A DNA stretch of 60,000 bases, taken from contig CM097885.1 in NCBI GenBank assembly GCA_044892525.1, forward strand, positions 6,822,001-6,882,000, read 5' to 3'. The position numbers and the translations under genes were made by a program. Positions within the stretch are counted from its first letter, which is position 1, and the number at the start of each line of letters is the position of its first letter. The notes under the pieces are model-generated. The model was not told where the DNA came from. It saw nothing but the letters and a program-made list of their open reading frames with translations, and ran no database searches. The DNA comes from Schmidtea polychroa (Eukaryota). Shown here piece after piece: positions 1-14,192 of this stretch.

Positions 1-1056
1 CGTAAGTTGGGTCTTTCAATAATTGAATTAAATTTTGCAAGGAAGTTCCACTGTTTTTCCGCAATTTCTTCTTTTTCTCCTTTAATTTATCAGAACTACG
101 CCTATACTTTATTCCTGCATCTTTGTCTCTACTAGTCATGTTGCGAAATTATCTAAAAGTAATATTATAAAAAACAAACAAAAAAAAGTTAACTATTTAA
201 AAAAGCTATTTAAAAAAGCAAGTTTCAACACAAAATTTGCTGTCAATTTTATCTTAGTAAGTAGTTAATGATAATAGATATATGATTAAATTTTTCTGGT
301 TGGATATCAAACTTGGTGTATATTATTTAATAAGGAAATTAAATCGGCAGTTCAATCTGGTTTCGGTTTTATCCCTTCAACGAGATTTCAACAAAAATTT
401 AATTTCAACTATTTTTAAAATTCCCATTTCGTTTCCACACGTGTGTAACAGCTGCAATTGCAATTGCAATTTTGTAACACTTAAAATTCACTATAAAGTT
501 CACAAAATTCACTTAAATTATTTTAGGATCTAGAAAGTCATAAAAAACAATTTATTAAAATATTTAATTACTTATTTTTGAATTTTGGTTAATTTTGTAC
601 ACTTGTTGCAGACATAAAATTTCTAAATTTTTCTAAAATTGTTCTGTGCCTTAAGAATTATATGGTTTCAAGATCTTTGAATATGATTTTAAAATCTTAT
701 AAGATTCAGAGAATTTACTGTCTTTTACTTGCCTTAATGATTAGTCATTTATCTTGAAATTCTACAATAATTGTGAGGTTCTGTAAGCCTGTAATGCCTT
801 TATATAGCATTTCTCAAGGCTTCATTCTTACTTTTGTTTGAATAAGTAATTAAGTAAAATGTTCGTCATTTCTTTTGCAAAATTTAACAAAGAAATAATT
901 ATTAATAACTTTCATTCTTATAATATTTATATATATTAATTGAATAATATATCATAATCATGATTTGTTTACCTAATTATTATACGTAATCAGTTTGCAT
1001 AAAGTTTTTTAATTTGGTAGATTTATTTTAATCAAAAACACCATTTTTATTTCAAT

Positions 1057-4000
1057 CAGGGCTGGCCTTAGGCACAAGCAAAGCAGGCAGTTGCCTAGGG
1101 CGCCAAAATCTGGAACGCATTTTTGTGTTTTTCACTTTCTAAACCTTTTTTTCATTTAAGTCGTTGCATTTTCATTAATTTCGTATTAAAAACTGTTGCT
1201 TATAACTTATAATATTTCTAACAGGTCAATTTTACCTCAATCATGTGTTTATAATTAGATTCACTTTTCGTCTTTTTAATAGATAAAATGATTATCATTC
1301 AGAACAAAATAATATTATCATAATTAGTTATATCGACTAAATTTTGTTTCAAATTTAGTTATTTATAATTTATATTGATGACTAATGAGCGTTATTATTA
1401 AAATGATTTTGCAACAAAACGCAGACAGTATTGAAATAAGTTAACTATCCTTTAAAATCTGTAGTACTTTTAAATTTTAATCAGTTTCTTAGTTATATCT
1501 AATTGCTAAATATTTAAAAATAATCTCCAAACCCTATGAAACGTCAGAAGAACTCGGGTGCTCAATCTCGTCAGAAAAAGCGACAAGCAAAACTTAGTAT
1601 GAAAAAGCAAACAGGATGGCTTTCCAGATATTTTGAGAAAATCAATACTACTCCATCTGTTAATATCATTTCCCAGTCTGGCTAGTCATCAGCTAGCAAT
1701 TCAGAAACTACAACATTTAATGTTAATAATGAAGATGTTGCTCAAAATGAAACGGAAGTAGACCTTACTGTCACTGAAGATGAACTTATAAGTTCATTTG
1801 CCTCTGATTCCGATTTAAATGCATCTCTAAGTACAGAAAACAATAAAGAAGCAGCCGTGGAAGAAAATCGATTTGATTTTGACGATCCAGCCAATTGGCC
1901 AAATATAATAGATGATGCCACTCGAGTAGCATTTGTAAAGAAAGGCCCAGTAAGAATGACAGAGTATGATTTTCCTAAAAATGAAGCTCAGAACAATCGT
2001 CGTTTTAAGGAAACATATTATAAACGAAAACTCAAGAATGAGAAGAAGTGGAGAGAACATGGTTAGTTTATTCCGAAAACAGCTACTGTTTATTTTGTAA
2101 GTTGTTTTCAAACAACAAGATTGCATTGACAGAAGATGCGTATAGTAACTGGAAAAATATTTCATGTCAGTTATCAAGTCACGAGTGCTCTCCAAAGCAT
2201 TGTGAGATCGTTAGCGGTAGGCTGAATTGAAAATGAGGTTAAACTAAGGTATAACTATTGACAAACAAAATCAGAGGATAATAAATGCTGAAACTGTACA
2301 CTGGCGAAACGTTTTTGAAAGATTGATCCTAATCATTTAATTTTTAACTCAACACAACCTGGCTTTTCGAGACACATGAAAAAAGGTTAACCAGATAGAC
2401 AATGGTAACTTTCTTCCTTGGTAGAACTTATAGGAAAGATCGATCCAGTTTTGCAAGAGTTCTTAAGACCAATCACGTCGGATGAAATCAATAACCATTA
2501 CCTTGGAAAAGAATCCTAAATGAATTAATTACTCTAATGACTGACAAAGTTAAAGAAACAATTTTAAATTCTACTCGACAGGCTAAATATTTTTCTATTA
2601 TTCTTGATTGCACTCTCGATTAGAGTCATAAAGAGCAGATGTCTATCACAATACACTATGTAGGTCATATCCTTTCTATCACTAACTGCAGAGGGCAAGC
2701 GCATGACAATAAAAGGTAAGAATTTCGGCGTCCAGCAAAGACTTCTTGATATGAACCCACTTGCATTCTTTGTTCCTTGTGGTTGCCATAGTTTAAATCT
2801 TGTTGTTGGTGATGCCGTAAAATCTGCAGGTGCTGCGTCCTCTTTTTTTGGTTTAATTTAGAAGATTTATGTTTTTTTCTCTGCATATACAGCTCTTTGG
2901 AAAGTACTGAAACAATATGTTTCTCGGTTTACTGTGAAGCCATTATCTGAAACCTGTGGGAAGTCAAGAATTGGCAGTATAGTACCAATACGACATCAAC
3001 TAGGCGAGGTTTAAGATGCTCTGTTTCAACTGTCACAAAAAGAAGATGACTCTTTAACTCGACACGAGGCAGCTACACTACCTCATGCTCTGAAGGACTT
3101 CAAGTTTATCTTTTCGTTAGTTCTACAGCATGATATTCTTCACCGAATAAGCATCATCAGCAAGCTTATGTAGGATCCTAAATTAGAAGTATCCTTTGTT
3201 GTAAGACTTATGGAAAAAATCACAGTCTTTTTAAAACGTTACAGGAAACACGGTTTGAAGCAAAAATAAAAGCAACAGAGCTTGCAGAAAGTGTATGTGC
3301 TGAAGCAGTTTTTTCCAGCATCGGTACAGATTAAAATTCGTCGCAAGAAGAGATTATTTGACTATGAATCGAGAGATGATCCAATTCAAAATCCTGAAAC
3401 TTCCTATCGGATTGAAGATTTTAACGTCATCGTTGATACGGCTATTAATTTGATTGCAAAACGCTTTGCACAAATGCAAGAGCACAGTGGGGAATTTTCA
3501 TTCTTTTATGACATTAAAGGACATTAAATTATCACGAGAAGACTTGTTGAAAAATTGTCAAGACTTACACATCCTACTCACTTGTGGCGACAGGTGGATA
3601 GGAATTATGTGATGAATTAATGTCAATATCTTCTAAGCTGTCAAAGAAAAAAACGTCCTTGCAAGTTCTTATATTTTTAAAATCAAACCATTGCTTGGAA
3701 CCTTTTCCAAACACAGCTATTGCAATCCGCATTTTGTTAACTATTCCAGTCAGTGTGGTAACTGGTGAAAGAAGCTTTTCAAAGTAGAAATTAATAAAAA
3801 CATACCTCCGAGCATCTATGACATAGGAAAGACTTACTCCTCTAGCTATCTTATCTATTGAGAAAGACGTAGTCCAAACATTAGATTACGGAAATATTAT
3901 AAGCAATTTTGCAAGTCCTAAAGCAAGCAAGGTATTTTTAATGTAAAAACATACTTTTAGAGACTAGAATAGATAAAACATTTCAAAGTTACATAAAAAT

Positions 4001-4321
4001 TTGTAATAAAATTTGCAAAAGAAAAAATTCGTCTTACGTCAGTAAATATTTTTAATAGCTCTTTTTTTCTTTTCTCGGTAATGTAAGTGTTTTACGATTT
4101 TCCAACAAATTTATATTAGCAAGTTCTGACGGTACTTATTAAAAATTATAATAATAAATAACTCAGTTTGGGTATAACATGGTTAATGTTCTGGGCCCCT
4201 ATGCAGTAGTTCGTCATTCAATTGTAAGGTGTAAGGCGTGAGGTAGTATGCGTCAGTCTGGTCAGAGGACGCCAAAATGTATGGATTTCCTAGGGCGCCA
4301 TTGTGGCTAGGGCTGGCTTTG
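1057..4321 (+). mobile_element. Decayed hAT DNA transposon (ZMYM1/TTF-type transposase), probably intronic in the GRK-like gene
   Basis: Degenerate TIRs CAGGGCTGGCCTTAGGCACAA (1057) and revcomp CAAAGCCAGCCCTAGCCACAA (ends 4321); 8-bp TSD ATTTCAAT/ATATCAAT (7/8 match). Confidence 0.85.
1536..3946 (+). pseudogene. hAT transposase pseudogene with many stops and frameshifts
   Basis: Fragments MKRQKNSGAQSRQKKR, DDPANWP, WLVYS..YCLFCKLF, YFSIILDCT, RRKKRLFDYE and the C-terminal dimerisation motif LTIPVSVVTGERSFSK. Confidence 0.85.
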
Positions 4322-6010
4322 ATATCAATTTTTCTATATCGAATAATGTTTGATTGTTTCTTTACAAAAGTATAACTGTCAGGCAGCAATAATGATTGCT
4401 AAATACTTCTTATAAATTTAATTCAGCATTTACATTACTTTAAATATTATTTTTAACAGGTTTAGTTTGGTGTTTTATTTCGGTGAATTTAATGTGAAAT
4501 TTAAAGAATTGAAATTATCAATCGAGCTGTAATTATTATAGTCACTATAATGCATCAATGGTCAATGTGAGGATGGACAATTCATTTGAATGTGCACTAT
4601 ATAATCTAATACAATAGTGGTTAGGAGAATCGTACTATTTTAAGAGACGTGTTATGTGAATATTTATTTTAAAATGGATTCAAACGTTTTGACTAGCGGC
4701 TAAGTCGAAGACATTCACACAGTGGCGATAATTACTTTATTATAATATATTATACGATATTGCAACTCTAACTTTACCAGAAATAAAAATCACATTATTT
4801 TTATATATCTAAAGGATGTAGAATTTTTTTTTGATTTGTAGCCTCATAGGTGCAAATTATGAAAGGCCGGTAAACAGATAAATATAACTGGGGGCATAAA
4901 ATGAATCCAGTGGCAAAGTAAAGGTTAATGTTGTTTGTTAGAGGCTATAACATTCAATTCTTCTGTCATCAAATAAATTACTAAGACTAATAAATCCAAA
5001 CTTATATTTCATTAAATCTGCTTATATAAACAAATATTCTTGGGACATTTTCTTTTTATAAATTTTAATTTCAACCAAATATCAACATACCACATTCATG
5101 CTTGAATTGCAATTTTATTAAAAATTATTTAAAATAAAAATAAACCATTTTAATTCTAATATATTTCAAATAATTTAAGTTTCACTTTTAATTTTACAGA
5201 ATTTAATGAAATAATTTTAATTTAACATTTTAATTTTAACTCCTCACATTGTTTTTTCGGCCGATCAATCTTTTAAATATTTCTTTATATTATATTGTAG
5301 AAAATTAAATTCTTTTCACATATTATTACAATAAAACTCGATTAAATTATTCTATTTGAAAAGTGTAATATCTACAATAAAGAACTTACATTTTTGAATT
5401 TCTGTTTAAATGTAGTACTGATCAGCTAGATCTTATGTTTTAAGATCTTTCCAAATTCTCTACCTAATAATAAAGACTTCTATAGAAGACATGCATACAT
5501 AAACTGACATTATATCAATAGTGATTTTTGTTTATAATAATAATAATTATTATTATAAGAAAGCGCTAATCAAACATTCGTTTCACGATAAATATTTCAA
5601 TAATTATTGGGAACGTGTAATTTGTAAAGCGTTATTGATAGTCATTGAATCCGAAAATTAATGTTCAGAATGCAGTGAATACTTGTGTTTTAAAGGTTTT
5701 TAAATATTTTTTTTGTATATTGTATCTATCGATTGTTGTTGTTAAATTAAATAATTATTAAATTAAATTTCAATATTTTAAAATTTTATATTTGATTGTT
5801 AAAATTTGAAAAAATAATATATTATTTGAATTTTAATTTTTATAATTTTTTACAGAATGAAATATTTTTATTAAAAATTTTAATATAAAAATCTATAATT
5901 TCTATAGTTATTATATCCTACTTGATGATGACAAGAAAACCGTCGAAATATATCGTGAAACGAATGTTTGATTGGTGCTTTCATTGTCATGTATGTTTAA
6001 CTATTTATTC

Positions 6011-6088
<78 letters not shown>

Positions 6089-6089
6089 T
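6011..6089. repeat. (AAT)n microsatellite
   Basis: Direct reading. Confidence 0.95.
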
Positions 6090-6159
6090 AAAAACTTTTC
6101 AAATAATTTCGCACATTTAATTTAAAAATGGAAATAGATTTTATTTATCTAATTTTTAG

Positions 6160-8230
6160 CTGATTTCGATGTTTGACATAAAGGAAATTCAACCGGAATT
6201 CCAAAAAGTCAATAAAATGGATCATGTCATTGTTATTTTGTTGAAAACTGACAGTAAAATATTCATAACCTCCAACGTAAGTAAAGAATTTTTGTGAAAT
6301 TAACAATTTAAATTGCTTGAAATTTTAATAATATTTTCTAATTATTTACTGTATGATATTGAATATGATCACGATAATATCATCATTTATATACGGATCA
6401 GTTCGAATGTAATTTATGAATTGAATGTCTTTTATTTTTAATTAAAAATACACTGTGATATAAACGGCACAACTTCACGAGCTATTTCATCCTTAATAAC
6501 ATTGTTACCTAATTATGGAAATGTAAAGCACGAATAAAAGAGATGTTACAACAGTTGATCAAAATAATAGAATCTATGTTGTCAAGAAAACTGAGAAGGG
6601 TTTTATTAATATAACGAGACAAGTTGGATTGTTTAGGACAACGACTCTTACTTAAAAAATACTGGCTGTTGTACCCGGCTTCGCCCGAATTTACATTTAT
6701 TATAATAATTCATTTAAATTAATTTTTTGTTTAATGATGTTATTACATTCTAGTATTAATTTTATAACAGCTTCAATTCCATGTTTAATTCACAATAAGA
6801 AAAGCTTTCAAAATAAATTTCAATTTGTAAAATCGAAAACACACTCCAATTTAAATCGAAAAATAACTGGCAATATTTTTCCAATTGCAAACTGGTTCAC
6901 TAATCAAATAAAATTCAAATTCTCCATGTTTGAATTCTGCTTTGAAAACTTTTGACTAAATTATATTACTTTCAACTGCAAGTAGCAAGCATATAATAAA
7001 TTATTATTTATATGGTAAAATGCTGACCGGACAGACAAAAAAACCGACTAATGGTACCCTAGGGTTGGTCACCTGGGGTAAAACATAGTCTATGATCTCT
7101 CCCGAGTCAAATGAGGGCCGCATGCAAAATTTCAGCACCCTAGGTCCAACAGTGGGGAATTCTATGGAAAACAAACAAGCAAACAAACAAACTTTCATCT
7201 TTATATATTAGATAATTGATTACCCAATAAATAGTGAGTTTAATATAAAAAATAAGGAACCATTCCTAAATGAGTTTTTATTCGCTACAACCAAGTTATA
7301 TAAAATGTTATTTTTCAATGACGTTTCCTAAAAAAACCAACATGTTTTAGCTCAGATCTTTGATTCAGTAGCATCAGCAACATTTAGTCCATTGTTTTAA
7401 CTTATTATTTACCTTATCATTTATTAACCACTTAAGGTACGAACGGATCAAATTTGGATTTTTTGATAAAAAAATTATGGGATTTTTTAATGTTGTAACA
7501 TGAGTAAAGTATGAGTAAAAGTAAATGAGTAAAGTTTGTTTTCAGCGACTCCCGCTATAGAGGGGGGGGGTTAATTTTATAATTTAGATGCTAATATTGT
7601 TAATAAAATATTATAGCTCCGTGTAAAATGTATGATTATTTTTCAGGTTTCATAAGGTGCTAGAGTTATGGGACTTATTTTAACCGTGGAGAAGGATGTA
7701 TAAATAAAAAAACGTATATCAAAATATTGTACCTAGAGGCAGATATATTTGCAAACGTGTCGTGCATTTATTTATCCATGACCGTGAGCCTTAAGTGGTT
7801 AATCAAAAATTACAATAAATTACGAATGCTACAAAATGTATTAAGTTATAAGAAAACAAAAATGAAAATGTTGTCAATTAAAATGAGTTGGTTATTTATT
7901 TATTTATTCATTTAGGACAAGATTCTTATTACTCAATGGAAAGAAGAGATTTTGAATGGGTTCAAATTGAGTAATGACGTTATTGCCACCATGAACCGTA
8001 AAGCTCATAAAATGTATGGTACTGGCCCTGATATCATTTCTGGAAGCTGTCAAAATTGCTCGAATTCAAGGACTTCGAGTGACTATCATCGTTTACATAA
8101 TACAAGTAGCAACTCCAATAAAGACGAATGCGACCTCTCATCCACTTCCGCACATCATCTCAATATTTCTCTTTGCTCAGTAAACCCGCCATCTGTAAAT
8201 AATCATCCGCATGTTAATGAAAATAACTGA
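6160..8230 (+). CDS. GRK2: Last two coding exons (6160-6276, 7916-8230) of a GRK2/beta-ARK (Gprk1)-like kinase: C-terminal half of the PH domain plus tail; earlier exons not located
   Basis: Canonical tttag|...|gtaagt exon of 39 codons joins in phase 0 to tttag|GAC, giving LISMFDIKEIQPEFQKVNKMDHVIVILLKTDSKIFITSN-DKILITQWKEEILNGFKLSNDVIATMNRKAHKMYGT. This resembles the invertebrate GRK2 PH end (W-helix then MxRKAxKxYG), judged from memory. Confidence 0.65.
6662..7212 (-). mobile_element. Non-autonomous Helitron-type element in the GRK intron
   Basis: Minus strand starts A|TCTAATATATAAAG and ends with a GC-rich subterminal motif CGGGCGAAGCCGGG then CCAG|T (variant of CTAG); A/T insertion site; internal (CAAA)n. 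Confidence 0.7.
7428..7798. mobile_element. piggyBac-type MITE
   Basis: TTAA on both sides (7424-7427, 7799-7802) and perfect 10-bp TIR CCACTTAAGG. Confidence 0.75.
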
Positions 8231-8560
8231 AATAATAAATTCACAAATCATTTTCATTGTCCTGAAATTCTATCTGTATCTGTTTTAAAAAAGAAATTTG
8301 TTGATATTCTAATCATATTTTCCTTTCCAAATGCTAGCTTTAATCTTATGGGCCAAGTTTGATTGATTCTAGAACTCACCAGGAAATTGCTTGATCCACT
8401 GTGATTTATTTTTTAATTGGGTTCAAATACCGATCTAAGATTATTTTATTCTTTGTTTGTTTGGTTATGTAAGTAAATGAATGTTCTTTTTACCATTTAG
8501 ATTTGTTTTTAATCTTTGACTGGCTTATTGTTGTTATCAACTTTGTACAAATTACTATCA

Positions 8561-8900
<340 letters not shown>

Positions 8901-9889
8901 ATAAATATTATATTCTAGTCATGTTCAGATTCTCCTGTAAAAAATATTATAATATTTATTATTGTTGTTTTATTTTTCAATATTCATTTATTATTATCTA
9001 ATTGGATTTGTTCTACTTTCTGTATTTTGTGGCTACTGACTATTTAGATGTAAGTTTATTTATAGAAAATAAATACTGATAAGTAATTTACCAGTCGAAT
9101 TTATTCTTTGAAATTAAATTTTCCATTAAGTTATAATTAATATCAAATATCAACGTCTTCTTTTAAGAATTTTTCTTTTAAAATTGAAAAAAGTAATTCT
9201 TATTGTAATTAATTAATAAATAGTCTATGAAATGGTTCTTGTTTAATTGATTCCTAATTAGAACTAATCATAAATACTGATCTGATTTCTAAAAATAGGA
9301 TCTAATTTATATTGCATATATTTCATTTGATATTCTCATCGGAAGAAGTTGCATTTGAGTTCCTAAATTACTAAATTGATAAATTAAATTTTAATATCCC
9401 AATTAGAGCTGTGAAAGGTGACTAATGTAAATCTATTTAAATTTATTTTTGTATTTTGCATAAGCCAAATAACCGGTCATGAGAAAGCAATTAGATGTAG
9501 TTGGCAGATGAAAAATACTGCTGATTACTTGGTTTTCCTCAGTACATATTCCTATATTGCTATTCAATTACTGCATTTCTAGTGCGGTTTTCAAAGGAGC
9601 ACGATTGGTCAGGAGTCTAAGGCAGACTCGTGAGCTTGTTGTTTTCATTTTTCCCTGCCACTTCGAAAAGGTTATATATATAGCAGTTGTTTTAAGCGCG
9701 ATTCTTTTTTACATTTCATTGCCCAGTATTTGTTTTTTGACAGATTTAACGAGATTCTATATTTTGTTTATTACCTTAATTGGTTAAACGATTTCATATG
9801 ATTGCTTACAATAATTATAACGGTCATGTATATAGTTGTTATTCATCTAGGCGATTGAAAATCCTTTTATTAATGATGTAAAATATAAA

Positions 9890-10494
9890 TATCTGTTTGA
9901 TCATGCCACTAGTCATATGCTTATCTCAAAGAGTAAGCCATGCATGTCTAAGTACACGAGTCAAAATATTGAAATCGCGGAAGTCTTATTATAACAGCTG
10001 TGATTTGAGAGATATTATCATTTTGCCACAAGATAACGGTGGTAATTCTAGAGCTAATAGCCCGGGCATATTTATGCTGGTGCTAGAGGTGAAATTCTTA
10101 GACTATGACAGACAAACTACTGTGAAAGCATTTGCCAAGAATGTTTTCATTAATCAAGAACGAAAGTCGGTGGATCGAAGACGATCAGATACCGTCCTAG
10201 TGCTGACCATAAACTATGCCAACTGACAGTTACTGAAGATTATTTAATTCGTTTTACTAGAAGTCACCGGGAAACCAAAGTCTTTGGATCCCAGGGGAAG
10301 TATGGTTGCAAAGCGGAAACTTAAAGGAATTGACGGAAGGGCACCGCAAAGACTCAACACGGGAAATCTCACCCAGTCCGGACACTGTGAGGATTGACAA
10401 ATTGATAGCTCTTTCTTGATTCGGTGGGTGGTGGTGCATGGCCGTTCTTAGTTGGTGAGGCGATTTGTCAGGTTAATTCCGATAACGAACGAGA
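9890..10494 (+). pseudogene. 18S rRNA: 18S rRNA pseudogene, internally deleted and 3'-truncated
   Basis: 5' end TATCTGTTTGATCATGCCACTAGTCATATGC...AAGCCATGCATGTCTAAGTAC; GGTAATTCTAGAGCTAATA is joined directly to the region before GAGGTGAAATTCTT; later AAACTTAAAGGAATTGACGGAAGGGCACC and GGTGGTGCATGGCCGTTCTTAGTTGGT...ATAACGAACGAGA. Confidence 0.92.
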
Positions 10495-10946
10495 TAATAA
10501 AGTTTGGATTATATATCAGGTCAAATGTTTGAGATAGGTTAGAAATTAAAATTATAATGGGTAAATATTGTAATCCTAATTCCATGTTTTTTATATCTAT
10601 TTGTAATGTGTGTTGGGCTGAAATGAAAAACAGGATAACCTAAACTCAGAGGAAAAACACTAGAAATAATATAAAGATCATAAATAAATTAGGAAAATAA
10701 ATTAAAAATTAGGAAAAATAATCACCATAAATAAAAAATAATAAATTAAAAAGAGAGAATTAAAACAAAAAAGGAAAATGAAAAATCAAGATAAGAAAAC
10801 CGAGAAAAATAGCAAAATAACATAAAAATTAAATAATTAATAAGAAAATAAATGAAAAATAAAAAAAGAATAAAGAAACAATAGGAAAATTAACGAAAAA
10901 CAGAGAAATTAAATTAAATTAAATAATTAAAAAGCGTCTCGATTTT

Positions 10947-11080
10947 GATTGGTCCGCACACATTCACAATTAGGTATATAAGGGAGACACTGAAATGAAA
11001 TTTTCAGTGTTAACCCAACAATTCTTAAGGTAAAATTTTTGCATACATTCACTCTCAGTGTTAACCCAACAATTCTTAAG
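10947..11080 (+). promoter_or_regulatory. Candidate Pol II core promoter (inverted CCAAT, TATA, TCAGT initiator) with a duplicated ~25-mer
   Basis: GATTGG at ~10947, TATATAA at ~10975, TCAGT ~30 bp downstream; CAGTGTTAACCCAACAATTCTTAAG occurs twice (~11005, ~11056). Confidence 0.35.
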
Positions 11081-13557
11081 ACATTTCTAGCATTCAAGGA
11101 TCCAAATCAACAACCATTAAGGATTAATTCCGAGCTAATTCATTTCGACAACAGATCACGCGAGGACTCAAAGATTTGATTTTTCGAGAAGCAATATTTT
11201 GCAGTTATAGAAAGTAAATTTTTATCTTAGAATTTTAGATTTAACATTAATGATTTATTCTAAATTAAATATTTCATAACAAATTTCGGCTTTTCTTTGC
11301 TCACCATTATTTATTTTATCAAGTTAACATAAATTTTTAGTAAACAATTTTTAAACGATCAATATATAATTGGAATATTCTTTTTGTAAATGTAGGAGAA
11401 TTTAGTAGCGTAACAAAGCATGTTTTAATGATTTTTTATGTAATCCACGACGCTGAGGTTCAGCTGGCCACAGCTCGAGGGACACCCGTTGTTCCACTTG
11501 CCAGAAGGTCGGATGATTCTTCAGCATCGTAGTGGCTGGGATCGGGTCATTGTGGGGGTTTCCCCACTTATCGGTCGCCACAGGAGATGAAAGACAAAAA
11601 CTCTAATAGAAAGAAAAAAGTCACTACAGCTGAAATGGGTACAATTATCAAAATGCTACTTATGTGAATGAGCCATCGCAATGACTAAGGGAGCCGAAAA
11701 TCGCACGTTAACAACTCTCATTCTATCATTCTTCTAGGAAGCCGTCACAATCGAAACATCGCACTTCATCGCTACGGATCGTCCGAGAACCACTTCCAGT
11801 ATCTATTTATTTATCTCAGAAACTGCGATCCAAACTATCACGAACTTTTCTCCTAAGATTTTAGCTCTCGTTTGGAAATTTTAGGCAAAGAGGTAGTGTT
11901 TGACTTCCACCGAAAACCGGTTTTTATGAATTAGTCTCATAGAATAAAAATAGTAATTTCAAATTGTATTACTTCGAACCATGTCGGATCTAGCATAAGG
12001 GGTACCACTGGGGCTCTTCGACAGATCATGTGACAGAGGGTACCCCGGATCGAGATAGCAACAAAAAATCCCACTTCTCCGTATGAATAAATCTACCTTG
12101 CCCAAGCTAAACCAATTGTCAACAGCTGATTTGCACTTTTAATTAGTGACTATCCCACGAGTATTCGAAACAATCTTTCAGGCGATGTGAACGCCATAAG
12201 GACTAATACACATACTGTTTTTCTATGAAATTAACCGTCTGATCGGCATTACTACACAAATGCGCACGAGTAGGAATCGACACATTAGTCGCTTTCCGAT
12301 AATGATCAAGTATGGCTTTTCGCATGTGCCCTAAATCAACCACAGTAGATAAAGTAGCAGCTCCAGTGCGATCGGCCAGTAGGGTAAATCCGTGAAGTAA
12401 TCACCTGGCGGATTTAATCGTATCCGAACCGCGGTACAGTTTTATATGCAATGTAAATATTCACACGATAACGCCGTGAGTATAACCAGGCGGCCTTATC
12501 TCTGTTTTTAAATGATATAGTAGCTTTCCGATAATTCAATATTACCTAACCGTTAATTCGTGAACGTCTATTTAATCGTTCAAAGCGTAAACAAATATAA
12601 ATAAAATAAGGTTTTTATGTAAAGTCAGATAGTGAATTTAAATTAAACATTTTCTCGGGGGTTTTTAAATCAATTGTTTCCCAGTACTGATCGGGAATTC
12701 GTGTGGGAAGGCTGTAGTTATCTGTAGGGGTTTTGATCTAATTTGTCCATCAACATAATTATCAAACAGCTCTTGATGACTTCTGAATGCTTGAATTAGG
12801 TTAGGTTAGTCCAGATATTCTCGTCATCTTTGTACTGAAAGCGAGACTATAAACAATGACCATTTTTATGAGATGCCCAATTTGGTGTAGAATTTATTTA
12901 AAGGAATGATGTAGTCTGGGTATAGATGAGGACCTGATTTCTCTTCAAATTTCAATTGTTTTACAGCTTCCTATTTCAAACTCCATAAGCCAACTGATTT
13001 GATTGACTGCTCTTTCTGGGGATAACTAATTCCTTCATCACTGATCCGAATTAATTCTTCTTTAATGGTAAAAGCTTGGTATAGTGTAATTAACGATCTT
13101 GAGTAGTGCACCAGGGAAAAGTTAGATCCCAAGAGTTGAATGCATACGTATTAGCTTGAGGTAACATAAAAACACATCATTTTTCTGTGATTGTTTATCG
13201 CGCCCGCCAGGAAAAGGGGTAATTAAATGTACAAATAAACAATTGAAATTAAAATTTAATAGCCACGGTGTGGAACTGTCGAAACTCCGAGATTTCTCCG
13301 GCGTATGTGTGGTAAACGAAGTTGATTGTTCTTCTTTCATTTTTCTAAAGTTTACCGTTATATCGCGAGTATGATTGTACATGAGGATTGTTATGTCGAC
13401 TATTAGCAGGAGCAGGATCTTAATATACATGTTCGATTCATTTAGATATGTCCAAAACCCCAACAACCGCAATCATCTAACAGCAATGTTTTTCCTGTGC
13501 CGATAAAAATCTCCTGATTAAGACTCTCCAGGCACAAAATGGTCTTCTAAAAAAGAA

Positions 13558-14192
13558 ATCTGATCATCTAGAGGGGACCTATTTCTCCCCCGCCCAAATG
13601 AAGGAGGTGAGAATGAGATTAACTCGAGCAGAAAGATGCCGAGACGAGCTGATCGAGGAAAGTCGCGCATTATGAGCATTGATCAAGGAGCAATCGGAGG
13701 CGCTGCACAAAGTCTATGTGCAGGCGTCAATCACAAAGAAAATCGTAGACATCTCCATCGCAGAGGAGGATAATGTGTTCCCACATCATCATTTCTGGCT
13801 AAGTCCACAAATCGGACAAGCGTTAGCAGTTCGGACGCCCCACGCCAATGATCTCTTCTGATGTCGTTTTTACAGGTGTCAGCCAAGCGGCACCAAAAGC
13901 AACTGACACGTCGGTCCCGGTCACTCTTCCGGAGGCGACAAAGACTACTAAGCGCCGGCAACCGTCTCGGGTCGAGCGAACCAAAAGGCGAAGGGTTCTC
14001 CAAGCTGAAAGAGAAGCGACTTTGATCGCCGCAGCTAAGAAGCAACCCCCGGCACTCCGAGTAAGGGTACCATCTCGCTCTCCGCCTGCATTCCGAGTAG
14101 TGCCTCCCACGAACACTTCTTGGGAAGAAGATGCCCGGGATTTCTTTGATCTCGACGAGATTTTTGCCGGAACTTCACCAAACACTTTGTGA
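13558..14192 (+). pseudogene. Unknown disrupted ORF of ~210 aa (coiled coil, basic patch, acidic-aromatic C-terminus)
   Basis: SDHLEGTYFSPAQMKEVRMRLTRAERCRDELIEESRAL*ALIKEQSEAL... then a frameshift into ORF 13848-14192; GC-richer than the flanks. Confidence 0.35.

Noticed and set aside
9897..10439. ORFs of 109 and 60 aa
   Set aside because: They lie within the 18S rDNA remnant.
12200..12400. Tyrosine recombinase-like HMRKA motif on the minus strand
   Set aside because: No convincing downstream H/Y or upstream R motifs.
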